Of a stretch of 64,000 nt of DNA, positions 13,877 to 30,659 are shown one piece after another. Under the pieces are notes generated by a model that was not told where the DNA came from, did no database searches, and was given only the letters and a program-made list of their open reading frames with translations. Positions within the stretch are counted from its first letter, which is position 1, and each line of letters starts with the position of its first letter. The position numbers were made by a program, and so were the translations under genes. This DNA comes from Eledone cirrhosa (lineage: Eukaryota). The stretch is from assembly GCA_964016885.1 (NCBI GenBank), contig OZ024753.1, positions 2,418,001-2,482,000 of the forward strand, given 5' to 3'.

Positions 13877-14944
13877 TTTTCGAAATAGTAGTTTTCGAAA
13901 TAGGGACCTGCTTTTCTATAAAGGACTCAATGTTCATCAATGTGTAATATGTATATATTTAATACGGATTTAAATCCCTTATAACTTTACCTCTGTTTCT
14001 ATATGTACGCCTGTTTTCAATGATATCAATAAATGAATGTTCAGCAATATAAAAAACGTATTTTGGGAAATGAAACAAGATAAGCTAAAATAAAATATAA
14101 ACATTACTGCATCATCTACAAACGACCATTTGATAAAATAAAAATAAATGAGAGGGAAACGGGTTTAAAAGCCATAAACTGTATTATTGGAAAATTGTTA
14201 AAAATCGGTTTGCTTGACAGTTCCTAAGAGATAATTATTATACTGAGATTTTTTAAAAAGTAAGTGGAAATAAATAAAATATTTGAGCACCTACTAAATA
14301 AATTAATATTAAAAACGTACATACTTTATGAAATAAAAGTCTCCAATGGAATTTTACATTTTATAAAACTAAGTATAAATACTATACCGAGAACTCTTGA
14401 TAAATAACGGAAAATCACATACTTTGTTTTTTGTTTTTTTTCTGACGCATTATGTAACTTTTTAAATTATTTATTAGTTATTTAAATAGTCTTCAGTTTG
14501 TGTCGCTTACTGATAACATCTCTCAGTATAATATATCTCTCTTATTTGCCATTATATATATATATATATATATAATATATATTTTCTATAAGGACTATTT
14601 AATTTTTCATATACGTTTAAAAAATATTTTCTTTGTTGCCCGTTTCCTCTCTTAGCTAGTTTGTCAATCAACGCATTTTCACAGTAAAACGTTTTTATTA
14701 GTCCAATCTATGGCCTTGTCAGTAAATCTCTCCTTGTTTTCTTTTTAAATCACTTGTTGTCATTTTAGGTTGATGCATTTATGCATTTTGTTTTCGAAAG
14801 CATTATGTATACTGTTCAACATATATATTGACACTTACCTTTGGAATACTCATATATTGAATCTGAGATACAATTGAAATCAACTTAATCCTGAATATAT
14901 ATATATGTGTGTGTGTGTGTGCGAGTGTGTATGTACATATAAAA

Positions 14945-14978
<34 letters not shown>

Positions 14979-15124
14979 TATACACACACACAGAGATACA
15001 TGTGTCTGTGTGTGTGTCTGTGTGTGTGTGTAACCGTTTTTTTTTTTGTATGTACTGTTGTGGTGTTGAATCAATCTGCTTTATTAAAAGCAAATGTGTA
15101 CTATATACAAATAAACATTTCCGC

Positions 15125-15305
15125 AGGTAAATGTCCCACCAGGCCTTCGTCCTTATCCCCTCTCAGGATTATTATCGCCCTACATACTATGACAGAGGAG
15201 TTTAAGACTGGCACCCCATGGGAACTTCTGTATGCAGATGATCTAACCCTTATGGCTAAATTTATGACAGAATGAGAGTATAAATTCCAAACTTGGAAAA
15301 TAGCC
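15125..15305 (+). mobile_element. RTE reverse transcriptase fragment
   Basis: IIIALHTMTEEFKTGTPWELLYADDLTLMA contains the YADD catalytic motif. Confidence 0.85.
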
Positions 15306-15519
15306 ATGCTCAATTTGCAAGAAAGGAATAGGTAGAAATCCCATCCTATACCCCAGATGCAAGGTTACGGGTACACAAAAGATATAGTGGGATCAGAGGG
15401 AGGCTATCAAAGAATCTAGGTTTTATATTCAAGCCGAAGCAGTAAATTGGTCATTTTAGTGCCACGACAAAAAAGCGCCCAGCCGCAGGTGTCTCGACAA
15501 AAAGCAAACAGCCCACGAA

Positions 15520-15705
15520 ATAAAGTGGTCGTGTTGGTGTCACGACAAAAAGCACACAGTGTAAAAGTGGTTGGCGTTAGGAAAGGCATCCAACAGTCTA
15601 AATAAAAAAGTTCTGTATGAGCAAAACATGGTCAACTGACCTGACTTGTATCAAATGGCACAACCCGTCTAAACCCTTGTTAGCGTGGAAAATATACGTT
15701 AAAAC
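15520..15705 (+). mobile_element. RTE-type/SINE 3' tail
   Basis: GGTTGGCGTTAGGAAAGGCATCC...CCCGTCTAAACCC..AGCGTGGAAAATATACGTTAAA resembles an RTE 3' end. Confidence 0.55.
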
Positions 15706-15731
15706 GCTGACAATAATTATATATCCCATTA

Positions 15732-15893
<162 letters not shown>

Positions 15894-16525
15894 CTCACAC
15901 ACACACACATATATATATATATATTTGTCTGCGTGTCTGTATATATGCTATAAGCGTACCCATATGCAAACACGCAGACAAATGTATATATATAGAAATA
16001 GAGCGAGAGAGACGGAATGGGAAAGAGATAATGGGTATTGTGAGTGAGAGAGAGAGAGTAACATTAGCATTAAACAGTCTGTTCTAATTTTATGTGAACT
16101 TCAATTATTGATTAAAGGATTAGTCATAAAGCTATTTGGTGTTTCCTCCAACAGAAATTAGAATAATAGCAGACCATTTTATTATCAGACAGTGATTTAG
16201 TAGACAAGAATGACAGACCGAAGCTAGGGGAAATCTATATTGATTGAGAATATTCTTCTTCCTGATGACCCAAGGGTCAAGAAAATATATTTGGAGAATG
16301 GAACGATTTTGGTATTAGTATTTTTTTGCTATTAGTTTGTTAGTCTTTTTATTTGGCTATTAGATTTTTATTGTTTATATTAATGAAAGGTTACATCAAC
16401 AATACAGACTAAGTCGTTGTGGAGATTATGTCGAAGGCCCATCTGCCATAAGTTACACACGTATAACTTTGTATATAGCTATATATCTGTCTATCTATCT
16501 CTCGTTATATATAAAAAATATATGT

Positions 16526-16565
<40 letters not shown>

Positions 16566-16611
16566 CTCTCTTTTCTATATATATATATATATATGTGTTT
16601 ATATATGTGTA

Positions 16612-16668
<57 letters not shown>

Positions 16669-16671
16669 TAG

Positions 16672-16774
16672 AAATTAGAAATATAAGCTTTCACCGTATT
16701 TTAGACTAAAGAAATGTTAGCCTGATAGAGGGGTTTATAACCCTCAGAGAAATGGAAAAAAATGAGTATTGATG

Positions 16775-16779
<5 letters not shown>
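16672..16779 (-). mobile_element. Headless copy of the short tRNA-head SINE at 25841
   Basis: Reverse complement of 25888-26002. Confidence 0.7.
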
Positions 16780-16812
<33 letters not shown>

Positions 16813-16823
16813 CAAATATATAT

Positions 16824-16860
<37 letters not shown>

Positions 16861-17007
16861 AATATATATATATGTATATACACACACACACACATATATA
16901 TATATATGTATATATATATAAACAAATATATATACAAATATATATATATATACACATACATATACAAATATATATATGTATATAAAAACATATATATATA
17001 TATACAC

Positions 17008-17051
<44 letters not shown>

Positions 17052-17261
17052 GCGATATTGGTTTCAGTCATCAGACTGCGAGTATCCCTGACCGCCTTTT
17101 GATCGTATCGACATATGTATATATGTTCGTCTTGTTTTATTATTTTATAAATGTTCACCATTAGAGAGAGGGTCGATTTCTAACAAAAACCAGACTCTTT
17201 CGTTGGATGTTAGACATCGACTAGGTAAATACGCATGTCTGTGTGTTTGTGTGTGTAGGTA

Positions 17262-17343
<82 letters not shown>

Positions 17344-17379
17344 ATGTATGTAAGTATACATATATATATATGTATATAT

Positions 17380-17792
17380 CCGGGAGAGATGACCCCTTAG
17401 CCTTTGTCAAGGCAGAATTCTAGGAGAAGGAGAGCTCTGATATAACACCTGCAACCCTGATGGTATCCAATGATGTTGATTTGTTATTCTTTTTGGTAAA
17501 TATCATCTTGGTTAAGAGAGTGGGACTGGCTTTGTGCAATGCCTTTGCTCACTATAAAAGCTTCACGGCACAGGCATTGCTTTATATCTGGAGATCTCTC
17601 TGCACTTGTCGTCACATGGTACAATGGGCCCAGCACTGTGTGTCAATAATTGTCACAAGTGTAGTGTTTGTACCAGAGTTTTCAAGTCGCTGGCTGGACT
17701 AAAATGTCACACTCGTTCAGCGCATCGGCAGGGGTTCTCCTACATGGATATAAAGTAGTGGCCGTACTCGAAAACGAGTTGGCAGCCACCAT
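17380..17792 (+). mobile_element. 5'-truncated second copy of the RTE derivative
   Basis: Near-identical to 13295-13712, with the same internal junction. Confidence 0.8.
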
Positions 17793-17885
17793 ATATATAA
17801 ATATATGGTTCTGCAAATTAACACCTGATGGAATCGTCTACCATAATCGGATGCTCGGGCTCGGCCATCGAAATGTATATAGTGC

Positions 17886-17925
<40 letters not shown>

Positions 17926-18281
17926 AGAGAGAGAGAGAGAGAAAGGGAGAGAGAGATGTAAAGACAGACAGATTGAAACAAATAGTTAAAGAAAGTAACA
18001 GAAATTGGAAATAAATAAGAATTCAGTAAAATAATGGGTTTGCTAGTTTTTACTGCATCGACATCAGGACAGCGACGCTGTCCTCTTGAGTTAGCAAATA
18101 TATTTAGTTTTATGAGATACATATATCAAGTAACACATGAACACACACACACACACACACACAATTTTATGAGATATCTATCTCAATTGACTGTAACATG
18201 CAGCTAAGCATGTACGAACACATCCACACAGACACACACACACACTTGCCCGCAATCATAAATACTCACACACTCACACAT

Positions 18282-21215
<2,934 letters not shown>

Positions 21216-21429
21216 ACGTATATATTATGTATTCCCTTGTAAATTGAAAAAAGAAATGATGGTTATGTTATTCTCTGGTGAGGCACCAATATGAATGGTA
21301 AATTGATTAAAGATATTTATCGTTTTTTTTTTCAATTTACAGCTAAATGCATATATCTGCTACACTTACACGTCCATATGCTCAATTTTTATGTTATTTA
21401 TATACAATTCCTCACCTCAGCCGAGACTC

Positions 21430-21570
21430 TATTTCTACCCAGGTTTTGCACCCTACTCTATCTGACTAAACTCGTCCTCACTCTCAACTGTTTCTGATTC
21501 GTGGTATGAGTTTACCAGGAGGTCATCGGGGTAGCTATGGGAGCGAGAGGGACCCATCTACGCCATACGT
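21430..21570 (+). mobile_element. Penelope-like reverse transcriptase fragment
   Basis: LTKLVLTLNCF...(frameshift)YQEVIGVAMGAR matches the PLE RT motif L.L..N.F...Y.Q..G.AMG. Confidence 0.7.
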
Positions 21571-22164
21571 CAGTATGCTGTTGAAGAAGTTCAACATGTA
21601 AACAGAATATGAAAAAAGGTTATGCAATCTACTCAATTTTTTTATATCTCTAACTATAAATGTCTATTTATCTACATAGAAAGCTAAATAGAAGTAGAAA
21701 TAGAAAGAAAGAGGAAGAATACTGAATAGACTTATGGTTTCTTTGCTGAATGAAGATTTATATTCATGCCACTGGCGTATGGGTTATATTTTAAATTCAG
21801 ATGCTCACGAAAAACTTCATTCTCTTTCCGTTTAGGGGTTTTGCTTTGCGACCAGTACCTTAATCCACTCTATGTATGTTTCTGAAAATGTACAAAAATA
21901 TATTTTGTTCGTGGTATAATCATACTTTTGATGTCAAATAAAAGACCTGATAATCGCCTTGCAAATATTTATTAGCATATAAGCTAAGGGCTAAAAGATT
22001 TAATAGAAGTCTATGGAACTCAAACTTAGAAATGTATGGTAAATATAGAGATACATTTACACCAGGTCCGAACACAAAGGAACCAAACTCGTCTGTCACT
22101 GCCTCCGTCTCTCCCCATCTCTCACTATTATAATCAAATGCGGGCTCACACACTGGCTGACCTG

Positions 22165-22365
22165 TGGACAGAATAGAGAAGACGTTTCTCTGGAAGATGA
22201 TGAGAGAGACGCGCTGGAAGAACCATTCCAGCTCGCGTGATTCATACCTGCAGATAACCAACTCCGTGCCAATGCTGGTCATTAGGGATGCTCCTAGGGC
22301 CAAAGACTTCTCCACTGCTACAGGCTCTACCGCAAACCTGTCGGAGTACGACTGATATTTGGAGC
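22165..22365 (-). mobile_element. CRE-like (restriction-like endonuclease) non-LTR retrotransposon C-terminal fragment
   Basis: SKYQSYSDRFAVEPVAVEKSLALG..RELEWFFQRVSLIIFQRNVFSIL resembles KY..F.P.AVET.G..G and QRLSLAV.RGNA.SIL. Confidence 0.65.
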
Positions 22366-22753
22366 TAAGGGTTTCTATTTACGTAACCTGAACATTTTTG
22401 TCTTTCAACAAGTACACATTTCCTGAGAGAGAGAATGAGAGAGAGAGAGAATGAGAGAGAGAATGAGAGAGAGAATAAGAGAGAGAGAAAGAGAGAGAAA
22501 GAAATATTTGTTGTCCTCCTGCTATATATATATTGCAACACAGTGTTCTATTATTATAGTCCAGTTTAAATCACTTTAAAAGGAAAAATAAGAAATTGCT
22601 CATCCACATATATTCGTATTTGAGCTGCTATATTTCGTCAGAATGGAGTTGAACAAGTTAATTACATTGTATTTAATTGAAAAGGTTATGAAATGTACTC
22701 AAAGTTTTCTCTCATTCTAACTACAAAGTGACATAGATCTCTCTCTCTCTCTC

Positions 22754-22809
<56 letters not shown>

Positions 22810-22854
22810 GAGAAAGAGAGAGCGATGTAAAGTTTTTCTTTTTTGTCTTCATTA

Positions 22855-23032
22855 GTGGATTGGCAGTATCGGTAGAGGGTCGGGCGCCAAGCATAGAGTT
22901 ACGGCTCTTGCCATTCTGAGTTCAAATCCCTCCGAGGTTAACTTTGCCTTTCATCCTTACGGGGTCGATTAAATAAAGTACCAGTAATACACTGGGATAA
23001 TTGCTGGCCTTGTGCCAAAAGTAGAAACAATT
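22855..23032 (+). mobile_element. tRNA-derived SINE, near full length
   Basis: A-box-like TGGCAGTATCGG, B-box GAGTTCAAATCC, core GCCTTTCATCCTTACGGGGTCGAT, tail GGCCTTGTGCCAAAAGTAGAAAC. Confidence 0.85.
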
Positions 23033-23934
23033 ATATTAATAATACTGGTGTATAGAAATTCGTTCAAATTCAAAGGTATTTGGAAATTTCATTCTCTTTC
23101 AGTTTAGACCATTTTGATTTGCGACAAGAGTTTTAATCGCATTTGTGTACATGTATTAATGTGAGGACGAAATCTGCTTTATTTATAGTATTCTCGTGCC
23201 AGATAATGAATGCAATGCTGAACTTTGACAATCGTTTCCGAATATATAAATTGATTTCACTTAGGCTGAAGTTCTCGGCCTTTTAACAAGTACAAATTGA
23301 ATTTATTCAAAGACCTTTCAAATGTTGTAGAAAGGACGTGAGAACATGTGTTTTTCCATACTAACAGTTATAAAACAATAATCTACGATCATTTGATTTT
23401 TCTTCTTAAATTAATAGTATTTAAACTATTTGTGTTGCATCAACAAATTTAATAAAGAGAATGAACTGGCGGTTCTTTCTTTCAAGAAATACACATATGA
23501 TTGCCCTTTTGCTTAAAGGAAAGAGAATTAGTTATTTAATAAATAAACGCAAACATGATTAAACCTCGTATCTCAAGGACAAAATGTATAAAAGAAAAGC
23601 GGACAATGAGCCAAGCAGATGTTACGCCAAAATATGAAGGCTGATCAAATGTAGACTGGGCACTGTGCATAATTATGCCTCAGTTTACATCAGAGATAGG
23701 AAAAGGTGGAGGTCGACCAAAGAAACTTCGAGAATTGTATGTTTTATGACAATTCAACTGTTATATATAACTATATATAACAGTTGAATTGTCATATATT
23801 TCCTCGGATAAACAGTGTAGTTTTGTCTACTATGAATGCTCGGATTGTGAAGTGTATATTTTTCAGAAGACGGTATTGAGTTGGATTATGGCTAAATTTG
23901 AAGAGGCTTAAAAGGTAACATTAATCACATATGT

Positions 23935-24000
<66 letters not shown>

Positions 24001-24003
<3 letters not shown>

Positions 24004-24156
24004 AGAATGTTTAAGAATGGTCCGGAAATACCCGTCGAAACGGCTTGAGCTCTGCCATCGGGATTAAACATTTTCCTATTATCCACTCTACTACCCTACG
24101 TATGGAGTACTCTGGTGCGTTATGGTCCATCTGGTTCCTTACCACACCTCCTTCGT

Positions 24157-24158
<2 letters not shown>
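24001..24158 (+). mobile_element. Family B element between (TA)n arrays, carrying a hammerhead 3' half
   Basis: GAAA-CGGC-TTGAGCTCT-GCCA-TC. Homologous copies at 2766, 39680 and 55670. Confidence 0.7.
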
Positions 24159-24204
<46 letters not shown>

Positions 24205-24556
24205 AGTATATATAAGTGTATCGAACTAGACAAACTGAGCTTGTGCTAGTACATTGAACTTTCCAACTAGCTCAATGAATTCACGGGACTTGCACTTCCG
24301 AAGCGCCAATCCGTGATTCGGACCGTACACATTTAGTTATTAGTGGTAAATTCGGGATTATGAGCGGGTGTAAACAATTTAGCCCGGACCAAACGAAATC
24401 GGTGGTTTCTACTCCATGCCCTGTGCACTGCGGTTCAATAAGTGCACCCAGTACACAGAAACCACGCATTAAATCCCGAGTTGACTGTAAGGAATGGACG
24501 CGGCCAGCAGAATCAACAGAATATTTCGTCAACGGGAGTGATCCTTCTCGTTCTAT

Positions 24557-24599
<43 letters not shown>

Positions 24600-24894
24600 A
24601 TGTGTGTGTGTGTGAGTGTGTTTCGTGAGTTTTATATCGGTTAATAATAATACATGCATGTATCCCACCATGTATGAGCGAGAAACCAAATTCTAATTTT
24701 GTTTATATATATATATAATAGTTGAAACAGAAAATAAAAATAATGCGAAGAGTGCAGTGTGCAGTACAGAGTGTTAATATATATATATATATATATATAC
24801 CCCCACTCTCAAGAGCGTGAAACTAATAAACCTTTGTTTGTACTGCCTCTCTGTTTTGTTCCCCTTCCATTTTTCACTATATATATATATTTTT

Positions 24895-25098
24895 TTTTTT
24901 TATTTTATAGAAGGAACTTCTACAGGACTAGTACTGTTTCATTCAGATGAAATCTTCAGGAAGCTTCCTGAAGATTTCATCTGAATGAAACAGTACTTGT
25001 CCTGTAGAAGTTCCTTCTATAAAATAAAAAAATTTTACTCTGCCATGTATTGAGTACCTTACTTACTGTGGTTATCCCCGACTCAACCCGGGACCTAC

Positions 25099-25100
<2 letters not shown>
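24895..25100 (+). mobile_element. Fold-back element: ~69-bp-arm palindrome with hammerhead motifs plus 3' tail (family D)
   Basis: Palindrome centred on AAG|CTT (24963/24964) with 1 mismatch. Tail TACTCTGCCATGTATTGAGTACC...CCTACG runs into (TA)n. Confidence 0.8.
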
Positions 25101-25132
<32 letters not shown>

Positions 25133-25138
<6 letters not shown>

Positions 25139-25313
25139 TTCTACAGGACTAGAACAGTTTCATTCTTTAGAAATCATCAGGAATCCTGATGATTTCTAAA
25201 GAATGAAACATTTCTAGTCCTGTAGAATCTCATCTATATTAAAACTTTTATACTCTGCTATGTATTGAGTACCTTACTTACTGTGGTTACCTCCGATTCA
25301 ACCCGGAATAACG
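25133..25313 (+). mobile_element. Second family D fold-back element (~50-bp arms)
   Basis: Palindrome centred at 25183 with 2 mismatches. Tail homologous to 25035-25100. Confidence 0.8.
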
Positions 25314-25354
25314 TATATATATATTTATATATATATATATATAAATATATATAT

Positions 25355-25772
25355 AATTGAGATGAAAACATTAAACAAACTTTTAAATAAATTAAAATAC
25401 GATTTAAATATTCTCCCTGTGTGTAGAGGAAAAAACGTTGTACTTTGCTGCTATTTTTAGTGGCGTGGCAAACAACACGTCTATAATATTCCCTCTTTTA
25501 CCAACGGCCAGTTTATGTGTGGGTCACTTTAATGGCCTGACCTCATACTATCGGGCAGTAAGCGATATATTTACAAACTGTGTGATTTTACGCCATATAG
25601 AATGGAAATAGCTATCTGAATAGCTGATCTTTTCGTTGGAAATTCTCTGGATTTCCAATCTTTTGTGAAGCGAAACCGTCGGTAATAGTATTTTGGACAG
25701 GTGAATATTTAAATCGTATTTTAATTTATTAAAAAGATTGTTTAATGTTTGCTTGTTCCGCTCATCTCAATT
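25355..25772 (+). mobile_element. Element with ~65-bp inverted ends and an internal degenerate hammerhead
   Basis: 25355-25420 is the reverse complement of 25697-25772. AAATAGCTAT-CTGAATA-GCT..AGC-GAAA-CCGTCGG-TA-ATAGTATTT. Confidence 0.6.
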
Positions 25773-25840
25773 TTATAGTTCTGGTATCCCAAATTAGTAC
25801 CTTTGAACAACAAATGTATTATAGACACCCTATATATTTC

Positions 25841-25999
25841 TGGTAGCACAGTGGTCCGGATAACCAAAGATGTGGGTTCGACTCCCATGTACGTCAATAC
25901 TCATCTTTTTCCATTTCTCCGAGGGTTCTTAACCCCACTATCATGCTAAATAATTTCTTTAATTTCTTTAGTCAAAATACGGCGATAGCTTACATTTCT

Positions 26000-26003
<4 letters not shown>
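25841..26003 (+). mobile_element. Short tRNA-head SINE
   Basis: A box TAGCACAGTGG and B box GGTTCGACTCC. Body homologous to 16672-16779. Confidence 0.7.
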
Positions 26004-26040
<37 letters not shown>

Positions 26041-26089
26041 TATATACATATATATATATACATATATATATATACATATATATATATAC

Positions 26090-26142
<53 letters not shown>

Positions 26143-26185
26143 TATACACACATATATATATATATATATATACACATATATATAT

Positions 26186-26224
<39 letters not shown>

Positions 26225-26239
26225 TAAAAAAATATTAAA

Positions 26240-26442
26240 AGACGGCATATATGTGTGTTTGATATGTATATTTAATCTTGATAGTTTGTATAATTTTGTA
26301 TAATTTTGTACATAGATCTGTTGAATATGCATGCCAATTCTAACACATATATATCCTAGAAACGATCGTTAAATAATGAACTTTTTTTGTTTAATATAAG
26401 GAACTGTTTCATTGTTTTATTCATTATTTTTTTAATATTTTA
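26240..26442 (+). mobile_element. Family E dispersed repeat adjacent to (TA)n
   Basis: Near-identical inverted copy at 57047-57240. Confidence 0.75.
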
Positions 26443-26574
26443 TCTTGACTCTGTATTCCGTTTATCTTTAACCGAAAGTGATTTTTCATTGCATCTCTTC
26501 TTTCCATGATATCCGGACTACATTGAGTTCTTCATACGGATTGGACACTACCGTAAACTCTTGGTAGATTTATC

Positions 26575-27445
<871 letters not shown>

Positions 27446-27816
27446 ACGGTTTCCAAAGACTCATGTTCTATACTACTTTGCTAAATATTACGCCGTTTAT
27501 TGTAACGTTTTTACAATGTTGCACTTATGACAAATAATGAATTTATTGTCTTCAGCAACTAAAAATCAACATTATTATTATCATCATTATTATTTGCAGC
27601 TAACCAAAGATCAATATATCGAACGTCTCCAAATTCATCCTGGAGCTTTAGAGAGGAAATAATGTATATATGACTATACGAACGTACACACAGAGACCTA
27701 ACGTATGCTCAAATATATGTATGTATATGTATATACATGTATGAGTGTGTGTGTGTCTACATATATTATATACATATATGTAAATGTGCGTGTGCATGTG
27801 TACGAATGTATGAATG

Positions 27817-28210
<394 letters not shown>

Positions 28211-28489
28211 CCTGAATTAGTTCTCCTGTAAATGTTTAAATTATATTTAATTTTCATTTTCATTTAATTCGTGGGATTTCGAGAATTGTTCTATTTCTAA
28301 AGGCAACTCTTATAGGTTGATTATTGTTCTTGTTAACTTTGTTGCTTTGCAAATTTAAATATAAAAAGATATGCCAATGCTTTTAAAGGCTTAGAATATC
28401 TTTAAGCATTTTTGAAGCTAATAGCTTTATAAATGTGGGAAAACATTCCTACGTAATACAAGCACACACACATACACTCACACAAAGGT

Positions 28490-28584
28490 ATATATACACA
28501 CGCATTTATATATATATATATATACATATATATACATATATATATATATACATTTATATATATACATATATATATACACACACA

Positions 28585-28632
<48 letters not shown>

Positions 28633-28639
28633 TATATAC

Positions 28640-28671
<32 letters not shown>

Positions 28672-28702
28672 GTATATATATATATATGTATATTTATATA
28701 TG

Positions 28703-28753
<51 letters not shown>

Positions 28754-28768
28754 GTATATATATATATG

Positions 28769-28839
<71 letters not shown>

Positions 28840-28850
28840 GTATATATATG

Positions 28851-28886
<36 letters not shown>

Positions 28887-28889
28887 TGC

Positions 28890-28952
<63 letters not shown>

Positions 28953-28965
28953 CATATATATATGC

Positions 28966-28997
<32 letters not shown>

Positions 28998-29255
28998 GCA
29001 TATATATATATATATATGTATATATATGCATATATATATATATATGTATATATATATACATATATATAAATATATATATATATGTAAATATATATATACA
29101 TATATATAAATAAATATATATATACATATATATAAATATATATATATATACATATATATATATACATACATATATATATGCATATATATACATACATATA
29201 TATATATGCATATATATATATATATGTATATATGAACATACATACATATATACAT
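28490..29255. repeat. (TA)n compound array
   Basis: Seen directly. Confidence 0.95.
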
Positions 29256-29324
29256 ATGTGTACGTGTGTCAGCCGACTTTGAGGTCTAAAAAATTATATT
29301 ATACTTTTAAAGGAAAGTATAATA

Positions 29325-29455
29325 ATAGTTATTATTATTATTATTATTACTATTACTATTATTATCATAATTATATTTATTATTATTATTATTATTATCA
29401 TCATCAACATAATCATTATTATTATTAGTAGTAGTAGTAGTATTATTACATTAAT
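29325..29455. repeat. (ATT)n-type trinucleotide repeat
   Basis: Seen directly. Confidence 0.9.
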
Positions 29456-30394
29456 AATGTAAATCAAGAAAATAAAATGTTTCATTTAGTGAAATATTTT
29501 AGTTGAGAGATTTTCCGGAAGTTTAATTGTTTTAATGAAAATTGTATGTTTATATGAATTTTAAGTATTTTCTGAAAAGTCCATAGCGAGTGAAAAAATA
29601 ATTTTTACAAATATTAATAAATTATTGCCTAATTAATTGGTAATGTTCAATTAAATCAACATAATTGTTAATGAAACCATAATCGCGCTAATACATATGT
29701 TCTATGAACATATGTAGCTGCCTCTAGGATGTGTAAATGTATAACTTTTTATATATGAGGGTATTGTACGTATATATGTGAGTGTGCGTGTGTGTGTGTT
29801 ATGTAAGCATATATATATATATATATTATATATATATGTGTGTGTGTGTGTGTGCATATATATATGTGTGGGTGTCTGTGCGTATCTTTGTGGGTCTACG
29901 CGGTTATGTAAGTAAACATGTATGTATATATATATATATAAATATATATATATATGCATATATATATATAAATGTATGTATGTATATATATATATATATG
30001 TATATAAAAGTATGTGTGTGTATTTGTGTGTCTACGTATATATGTAAGTAAGCATATATGTATGTTCATAATATACATATATATATATATTGAGAGAGAA
30101 AAAGAGGAATAGAATGAGAGAGATGGAGAACGAGACATTAAGAGTGACAGTGACGTATTACAAGTGAAATAAATTTGTGAAATATTCTACATCATCAGTT
30201 TTCAAATAAAAATATCAACTTTAAAAAATATTTACTGGTTAATTTCATATTAATGCTTTGAATTTTCAACTTACAGAATTTTAAAATTCTACATTTACAT
30301 ATTCAGAAAAGGTAGCGGAAAAATTGGAATTTGCAGTACTGATCTATCTATCGATGGATCTAACTATATACATTGTATAATACGCACCCACACA

Positions 30395-30464
<70 letters not shown>

Positions 30465-30659
30465 CTGTATTAGTAATTAAAGTACCAGTCAGACACTGGT
30501 GTCAATACAATCGACTTTCTCTTTCCCCACAATAAGTTTGACATTGCGCCTAAATCAAAAATACTTGTTAACCTAAACTGTTTGCTGCTAACCCTGAAAT
30601 AAATCACCATAGCTTTAATTTAACACGCTTAAGCTTCAGAAAAATTGTGTAGATTTAAT

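Noticed and set aside
25841-25890. tRNA gene
   Set aside because: A and B boxes are present, but it is too short for a cloverleaf and is attached to a repeated SINE body.
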